From NCBI GenBank assembly GCA_963924565.1, contig OZ004615.1, positions 16,058,001 through 16,122,000 of the forward strand: 64,000 bases of DNA, given 5' to 3'. Source of the stretch: Ascidiella aspersa (taxonomy: Eukaryota). Under the pieces are notes generated by a model. It saw only the letters and a program-made list of their open reading frames with translations, was not told where the DNA came from and searched no databases. Shown in pieces: positions 56,101 through 64,000 of this stretch (position 1 is its first letter; every line of letters begins with the position of its first letter). The translations under genes and the position numbers were made by a program.

Positions 56101-59100
56101 TTGGAATGTCGACGAAACAGGTATTACCACTGTTCAAGTTCTTAACCGTGTTAACGCAAAACGAGGGTCAAAACAGGTCGGTGCTTTCACTTCAGGTGAG
56201 AGGGGCACGTTAGTCACCCTTGCCTGTGCAATAAACGCCATCGGAAATACAATACCTCCCATGTTTGTTTTCCCTCGGTCTGGATATGCCGATCATTTTG
56301 TTCGAGATGGTCCTGATGGCTGCATAGGGTCCGGAAACAAATCTGGATGGATGCAGCAGGACGACTTCCTTATTTTCCTTAACACTTTTTTAGGTACACT
56401 AAAGTCACAGTAGAACGAAAGGTATGTACACACATATATGTAGAACGAAAGGTTTTGCTTTTGCTCGACAATCATAGCTCCCACCATACAATTGCAGCCA
56501 TAGATTTTTGTAAGAAAAATGGTATCATACTTCTTTCGTTTTCTCCTCACTGCAGCCACCAACTTCAGCCTCTCGATCGTAGTGTTTATTATATAAAATG
56601 TGTTAATGGTGCCAGCGACGCGTGGATGAAAATGAACCCCGGAAAAACCATGACCATTTACGATGTTCCTGGGCTTGTTAAAACCTCTCTTCCTATGGCA
56701 ACAACGCCAAATAACATTCAGTCAGGATTCCGGTGCAAATGAATCTGGCCCTTCAACTCCGATATATTTGAAGAACACGAAATTTCTCCTTCACTGGTGA
56801 CTGATCGGCCATACCCAGCTCTTCTTGACTCAACTTTGCAGGCTCAACATGAAGAAGAATATTTATCGTCTGGCAATCCAGCTAGGACATCTTTTTTTAC
56901 TCAAGATGCTGAATAAGCTTCATCGTCTGGCAATTTGCAAAAAAAAAAAAAAAAAGATGTAAGCAGAAATTTTAACGGATACGCCAGTCAAGAAAGCAAT
57001 GGAAGAGGCGGAGAGACAGAAGCCTGATAAAGCTAAAAGAAAAATAATTCTGCCCAAAAAGTCAATAAAAAACAAACAAAATCAATTTAAACAACCCAAG
57101 TAAAAGCGAGCCACGCTAACTGATTCTTTCGGACGACTAAAACAAAAGAGGTTTGGATTCAATGTGTCAGATGTCACTTGTGGGCCCACAAAGCGTGCAC
57201 CCCCGACATGAATTATCCGTATTTATGTCACAACTGCGACTAGGATGATGAAAACTATTTTTTTTTGTAACTTTGATAACCGTGCCATGCGATGTTGTCT
57301 CATGTGTATGCACAATTCCACATATGCTGCGCACAATGTACAATAGTTTCCGATACGTTTAGAGAACGTATTATTTTTGCTAACTTTTTTCGTTTACCTT
57401 TGAGTTGCCAATTTGTTTGATCAGTACCAAAAACAGCCAATTTTGTTTAAGCTAGTTTAGTAATCATGCCCATCCAAGCCTGCAGTTTCAGCTGTAGGCT
57501 TGTTGAACTTAACAATAATCGAAATTTGTTTGAGTAGTAATCCTGTCCTTTTGCAACTCCTGGTTACACCCAGGCTGAGACATACAGCCTGATAGTAGCC
57601 TCTTTACTCTATCGTAGGCTAACACTTTCTGTTACTTTTACCTTTTGAGTTTGACATTTCGTTGAAATATAACAATAAAAATTTATGCGGTTGTTTTCAT
57701 TTGTTACAATTTGCCCCATCAGGTGTTACAACCGACCCGTGCACGGGGCACGTTGTACCACATTATTTGTCTTTTTTAAAAGGTCATAACTTTTGCTGTG
57801 AACAAGATATTTTTATTGAACCTGCGGCAACTTATTGCTAACAGATTGTATTTTTGTATGGCGAAGGTTTTATTTTATTTATTCAAAAGATAAACAAGTT
57901 ATTTCATAATATGTCAAAATTGTATCAACACGCCCCGGTCTCCCCTACTCTTCCAAAGATAATCAAACTGCCGCAGTTGTTCACAACTTATGGATTTCGA
58001 AAGCTTTTGCTGTTCAGTATCGAAAATCTTCCTTGTGCGCTTTAAATTTATTATGAATTGATGATTTAAGCAGAGGGAAGCAATCCTATCTGTCCCATTG
58101 CTGTTTTCAGTTTTGTAAATATATACAATTTGGTTTTTTTATTTTTTTGCTTTGCTGTCCGCGAAAAAACAGATTTACAAATAGTGATCCGTGGTCCAAA
58201 AAAGTTTGGGAAACCCTGAATTAGGCTCAGGGCTTATTTCTATGACTAAAAGGGATAACACATGGGTAAAAGGGATAACACATTTATTCATATAGTGGAA
58301 ATATTATGTCTGTTACATTTTATTGGAATATATATAAATTTGTAAGCAAAACAAAACACCTGAAAAGCAAAGATCATGTCAAAACTTCTAAACCAGAATT
58401 TTTTTCTAAAAACAAATTGCCCTGGATAGGAATTCCTTAGTTGGAAAAAAAAATTAATAATGTATGACTTGTAGCAAATTCTGTTATTGTTGTAATCTAC
58501 TTTAAAAGGTTTGTAAAATAAACCAATTAAATGTTGTTATTATCTTTAAGATATTATCGGTAAAATTACAAACAGATTTTAAGAAAATATTCCTGTAGAT
58601 TGAGTTTGTCATGAGAAACAACTTTCCATATTAGTTATAAATTCGCTTAAACGTTTTTCCTAATCGTATTATATTAGAAATTTTTGTAGACCTGTTTAAA
58701 GTAGGAAAGCCTCAACTTGAATTTCGCAACCGCCTCGATCCAAGTATGTTTTGATTGATTGAATACTAGGCACGTGATCACATCGCAGCTCACGACATCA
58801 CATGACTACAAGTAACAGCGTAGATCTTGTTAATATGACTTGAATTGAAATTAGTGTTTTGGTTTTACTCAACACAACGTTACCGTTTGTGCTGGAATAG
58901 CTGTCGTTGACAATGTAGACATATTACTTCTGATGAACTGATCAGGAACTGATATGTTTGTTAAAAACTGCGGAAGCAACTCGCATTGGCACCAGGTAGA
59001 AGGCTTAATAAAAAAACATACATAAAACTGACAAGAAAATTTTAACATTTTGTATAATTATAGTGTTACCTTATTTTTTCGTTTGGGGAGCCTTGATTTT

Positions 59101-62100
59101 TTTAGCGATGACGTCACCAAATTTCGTTATAACGTGACGTCACAAAGGTACGCCAAACCGTGACGTCATTAAGAAAAAATATTAATAACACGACCCAGTT
59201 AATTTATTTTGTTAAAGTGTTAGGCTGTTAAAAACGAATATTGCAAGTGGATCATGCAACTAGGCCTACCTTGTTAGAAAGCATAAAACAGAAAATGTAA
59301 AAGCTAAAGTAGGTGTTTAATTGGGTTTCCGACCCTTCTCAAGAAAGGGTTCTTTAGGGAATTTTAATTGGATATAGTTTGAAATTGGCTAATATAACTG
59401 GAACACATCCTTCTAAATGTGTTTTGCACTTTATGAAAATAGTTTAAAAAAGTTTGCATCGCAACGTACCAAACACGTGAACTCGTAGAGATGCAGAAGT
59501 GGAACTCCGACTTTGGTTGCATTGGGCCAGGTAAAGCTGAACCAAGCAGACGATAGCGAATTCGGGCCCCTGTTGTTTATCTGGCCACATATAAGCTTTT
59601 ATTAATATCCTAATGCAAAGTAGCCTACATAACGGACGTTTTTCTAAAGCAGTTCTTCCCAACCTCTTTTAGTTCGCAACCCACTTTTAATGCAAGTTTT
59701 ATTGTGCGACCCACAATGAGATATATGACCAAACGAATGAAAAACAAATCGAGAAACAATGTATACACATGCAATTTGCTATCAATGCGACCCACTGGGT
59801 GGGAAGCACTGTTCTAATAATTTTGGTTTAGGCCTACATTGATTGACTTCAATAGTATGTACGATGACGTTTATGTTTTTATTTATTAGGTAAATATATA
59901 GAAGACTGCAGGTTTTCTTAAGTCACGTTTATAATCCTCGTCCCGACTACCTTAAACGTGTGTGTGATGAAGAGTGTTGAATTTTCACCTGATGTAGGTT
60001 CTGTTCCTTCTTTGTGAACGCCAACAGCTGAGTTATTAAAGGTAATTTGTTTTGGAGCTGACGTCCTAAAATATATATCAATTAATTAAAACACAAAAAT
60101 AGGATGCAACTTAACTTTTAAGTAAAACGCCTTTACTCACGATCCGAGGACCATGTTTACGGCGTATTTCAACGGGCGCCTAAATGCGAATACGTTGTTG
60201 ATCGTAACCGGGTCTTCAGAGTAGTTGGATCTACAAAATAAGGTAAATTTATTTATTACCGTTTGTGTGTTCTCCATTCGCAGTTTTACAGAGTATGACA
60301 TTCAACAAAATAGTCTGAAGATGAACTATACTCTTTAAATAACAGTTTGATAAAGTATATTTCTAAATTAAATATTGTTCACCCCGAGCGACCAGCATAA
60401 GAGAATTATTTAACTAACTTACTTCGAAAAAATACTTGCTGTGATATTGAGCATATTCTGAGTCGCCGAAGCAGTCAAATCTCTTAAGTCGAACTTGAAC
60501 ACTAGATTACACTAAAACGTAAAGACAATAATGACGTTTTTGGGAACACATAACAAGACCTTCAAAGCAACAATATCGAAAGAATGATAATCTATAATGT
60601 CATAGCATTCAAACCAATGGAATAATAAAGCCACTACGCAATAATATTTATTACAGGATAAGATTTAATGCTGAATAAATCCCAAATGTTATGGAACAAG
60701 GCATAAATAGACAATATAACGTCTAAAAGGAGAGGGTAGGCCTATGAATAGGGGAGAGGGTATGAGTCGATTGGGGGGCACCTGTCGGGCATCGGCTGTT
60801 TTGATGTCGACGGTTGGGCGCCCTAGTTTGAACGGCGCCGTTAGGGCTCAACTGTTTTGGCAACGGATTGTTTGTTTGAAGTTAGGGGTGGGGCTTGGGG
60901 TTATGTAAAAGTTTGTGGACGGTTTACAACCGGCCATAAGCGTTATTATTCTCTGTTGTATTACACATGAAGAGTTGTTTAAAGTTACCTGCGCTCCATT
61001 CTCCAGAGTAGACAGAGCTTTGTTGATTTGTATGATATCGACACCAGAAGCACTGACTTCTGATTTAACCACACATTGATTGTTCTCCTAGCAATAAAAT
61101 GTTGACCAATTTATTGTAACCTTGTCTCCTTTCGATTTATTATATAGAAAATATTGCTACTAAAAAACTTGGAAGATTCGTCATTAAAATTGTAGCTGTA
61201 TAGAGTGCTTAGTGCCTTTATATGGTTAACGGTTTCTGTTTCTCTTGGTAGTGAAATGAACTAATATTAAACAGCGTAAGCATGCTCATCACTTATGAGG
61301 AAGTTAAGACGCTTTTATTAAAGCTCATTCGTTAAAATAACTATAAAAAGTAAACAAATTTATAATTTGAGCTTTTTGCTGTACTCTGTATTTTTTTTAT
61401 CAGAGCGTGGCTGTAGCAAGGAACGTCAAAAGTAATGTTATGGTCAGAACACAGCAGCGTTTGTCTTGTAAGAATACTACCAGTTGAAAAATGTGCCGCC
61501 TTAAAGTTGGTATGTTTACCGAATTGCTAGGACGCTACTGGCGTTGTCCTGCCGATTTAATGTTATGATTGTAACAATTAACACGAAAATGTGCAAATCG
61601 CGATGTTTCGTTTTTAATATGCTTATTACGCTGAAATGAAGGGGGGGAGGTAATAACAAAATTTGGCAGAGGCGGGAACGGTGATTGCATCGAAGTCAAA
61701 AAGTAAAGATTTGCTGAAAGAGTGTTTCACTTTTAACGAGTTTTAAGAAATGCGGTTTGCTGCATCCGCTGTCATAATTAAGAATGTAAAGCCTTGTCCT
61801 TTTATCTGCAATCCAAATTAGATAACAAAAAGTGGACGTTTTAAAAACCAGCCTATTTATAACTTATTGAAAGTATGTCACAATGAAATAATTTGAGACA
61901 GTGCGACATTCGCTGCGCTAAATAAAGAAACCTAATTTTGTCAAATGTCGCTTTAGCTGATTTAGCAGCTCTTAAGAGCTAAAACAGCAATTTTATGTAG
62001 AAGAAGCACTCAGTCACGTTTATTGGTGGGACGTCATTATAAAGAAAACGAAATACAAAAATCGTACTAAAACAGCTGAAATATAATGAGTTATGGCGAC

Positions 62101-63821
62101 TTCACAAAAATTTTAGGCAACCACATGGTGTCGCACCCACAGGTTAAAGATCACTGTTTTAGATAAATGCCTTGGGTCAAGCATTTTCTTATACAATGGG
62201 TTATTTATCTTAACGTTTTCATATAAACCAATTTACTTGCTATATGATGCGTATTCGTTATTTTTAGGTGATTTATTTGCAATAAATAAGACTTGAATTG
62301 GACTTAAGTTATTTTACAAAAGACTTAACTAGGACTAAGTCATTTCAAAATCACTTGTTTATCACACTGTTTTTCTCGCTCCTATAAATCGACAAAACTG
62401 GAATATCGATTTGCTTTTAGTATAATATTAATTTAATATATGATGGAACAAGGCATAGGCAAATTTCAAAAAGGGGCTCGCCATAAATAGGTTTTGAACC
62501 ACAAGGCTTACCCACAATAAGTAAAGCCCTATAATTAGGATAAGCCCCTTGTGAATACGTCATTTAATGGATAAAGTAATATCCAAAGCTAATACGCAAT
62601 TTTTCAAATCGTTCTCTGGAAAGTTCAATAAGGAGGCGACAACGCAAACAGTTTACATTGTGTTGTATGTCACCTCCGTTAAAATAGCCGATATAATTAA
62701 AATAAGGATTGTGTCAATTTAACAGGTAATTAAAATGCAATGTTGTGTATTGTGTATAAAGTGTATCGACTAAGTTTTCGATTATAATGCGCTTAACTTG
62801 GCTAAACTAGTCACGCAAAGTACCAAGGGTGATCCGTATTGTACCCTTATGTTTGTGTAGCATAAACCTTCTTTGCACTATTTGGGGCAAAAAGGGGCCG
62901 TTCGCTTTCGATCACTTGACGCCTATCATCTCAACCTGTTAGTTTTTTTTGCAAACACGAATATTCAGACTGACCAACCCAATGACCTACTGGCTGATAA
63001 ATCTCGGCTAATATATGTAGCCTATATTTATTTATATGCTCAACCTACCAAAGTCAGTCTTAGACCTGGCGACTGAACCATTATAGTTGTGTAGAAGGAA
63101 TGCTCTGGTCCATTGTTGCTTATTACCACGTTAAACGTTAGCACTTCCGGCGCAGCTCCGATCACATAATATTCGGGTGACACCGATATTCTAAATAAAT
63201 ATGTGTAAGCCGCATTGCAAAAAATCGATTTGAGCAATGTTTCCTTTATAAATTTCTAAAGCGCGAATATTTTATTGCTGAATGAGCAAGTCCTAAACAA
63301 ATAATATCGTTTGTGAACTTCTACAGTTAGTATAAATCTTCAAAAGTCTTTACAAATGAGTGCGAGTAGCAAATTTTACACAGTAAATTCTTTGTTGGTT
63401 CTGCGCATTACAGGAAAAAGAAGACCACACTTGATTGCAATATTTATAGGTCTGTTAAATTGACTTGAGGTATGTAAACTGAAATTATATTTTCTATGAG
63501 TTTTTTTAATTTCATGGAATTCTCCACTTCGTAAAATAAAACTAAAACGATAGTCCTTTTTATCAAAGCCATGAATGTTTAAAGTTAAACTCACGAAGAT
63601 GTCGCTGTCAGCGAAAGGTCGTGAATACAAGTGCCGTCGGTCCCCATGCAACCAGTTGTCAGCGTCCAATCACTTTGATGCGATTTTGCTGCCAGTGGAT
63701 CAATTACGGGCGAGAGGACCCGATTTAATGAGACCTGTTTAAGTTCGTAGCTAAGCTTCACCCTTAGCCTATTTGAAGGAAGTGTGACAGCGGGCTCCGA
63801 AGTAAAAGAGTAAACTGCGCC
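53173..63821 (-). CDS. Integrin alpha subunit, 3' portion (end of thigh, genu, calf-1, calf-2, transmembrane helix, cytoplasmic tail); the 5' part lies beyond the window
   Basis: Exon 63595-63821 encodes the genu motif GCMGTDGTCIHDLSL. Exon 63049-63190 encodes ISNNGPEHSFYT (calf-1). Exon about 59470-59580 encodes NNRGPNSLSSAWFSFTWP...GVPLLHL (calf-2). Exon about 58692-58805 encodes SCDVVSCDVITC. Exon 54175-54306 encodes the TM helix IIIGAITGGVVLLAILSIVLWK. Exon 53173-53319 begins VGFFESKY (GFFKR-like). Confidence 0.88.
53437..53718. mobile_element. Degenerate hAT-type MITE in the last integrin intron
   Basis: CAGTGGTACCCAGCC...GGGGTCGCGGCCC at the left end and TTTGGGAAACCGCTG at the right end; TSD not recognisable. 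Confidence 0.55.
55255..57947 (+). mobile_element. Decayed pogo/Tigger-like (Tc1/mariner superfamily, DDE_1) DNA transposon
   Basis: Transposase remnants (next feature). Perfect inverted subterminal 15-mers GGGTCGGTTGTAACA (55314) and TGTTACAACCGACCC (57724). Probable right terminus CCCCGGTCTCCCC followed by TA at 57946-57947. The left terminus was not found, so the start is approximate. Confidence 0.8.
55425..57243 (+). pseudogene. Transposase pseudogene: psq-type HTH, CENP-B HTH, DDE_1 and a C-terminal PHD-like finger
   Basis: SIRSVAKKYSICQVTLSR (HTH); WNVDETG, LLLDNHSSH and PHCSHQLQPLD (catalytic D, D, D); WIQCVRCHLWAHKACT...YLCHNC. Intron at 55734-55852. In-frame stops (e.g. TAA at 55859) and frameshifts. 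Confidence 0.9.
59650..59811. mobile_element. Short hAT-type MITE in an integrin intron
   Basis: TIRs CAGTTCTTCCCAACC / GGGTGGGAAGCACTG; TSD ttctaaag/ttctaata (6 of 8 match). Confidence 0.7.
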
Positions 63822-64000
63822 CTGTAATAATAGTACACTTCCCAGATAAATTGCAACTATATGTGATATGTTTCAATTGTTCGTTTATGTCAGTGTTTTT
63901 CAACAGTTGGGTCGTGATCCAAAATTGGGTATCTGTTTGATTTGGTTATAGGTCGCCGACTGCAGTAGTTTTACATGGTTAGATTTATTGAGATTGATTG

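Larger units (their letters stand above)
54694..58218. mobile_element. hAT-type MITE split by nested insertions
   Basis: Perfect 16-bp inverted termini CAGGGTTTCCCAAACT (54694) and AGTTTGGGAAACCCTG (ends 58218), with TGGTCCGCG-like subterminal motifs at both ends. No clean TSD. Confidence 0.7.

Overview
This window is AT-rich, intron-containing eukaryotic (metazoan) genomic DNA. Compact genes, short introns and patchy CpG depletion suggest an invertebrate chordate such as an ascidian, but that assignment is inference only. Five spliced protein-coding genes were reconstructed by hand from GT-AG boundaries and reading-frame phase. (1) An SLC10 sodium/bile-acid symporter family gene (+, 1583-10469, 9 exons, about 1307 aa). 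(2) GMDS, GDP-mannose 4,6-dehydratase (+, 16602-22884, 371 aa). (3) A TSSK-like Ser/Thr kinase with a very long, repetitive basic tail (-, 27712-33862). (4) An NBR1-like selective-autophagy receptor (PB1-CC-FW-LIR-UBA) with no visible ZZ finger (-, 37013-47721). (5) The 3' part of an integrin alpha subunit (-, from 53173, continuing beyond the window). Introns and spacers carry many hAT-type MITEs with 8-bp target-site duplications, a foldback-like element and a decayed intron-containing pogo/Tigger-like transposon nested inside other elements. The most notable feature is the SLC10 protein. Its apparently intact Na+-coupled transporter core is fused to a roughly 930-aa signal-peptide-led ectodomain containing a polybasic stretch, a Thr-rich mucin-like stalk, an acidic Tyr cluster, seven to eight copies of a ~55-aa Cys-bracketed module I do not recognise, and about three copies of a related Cys-free module.
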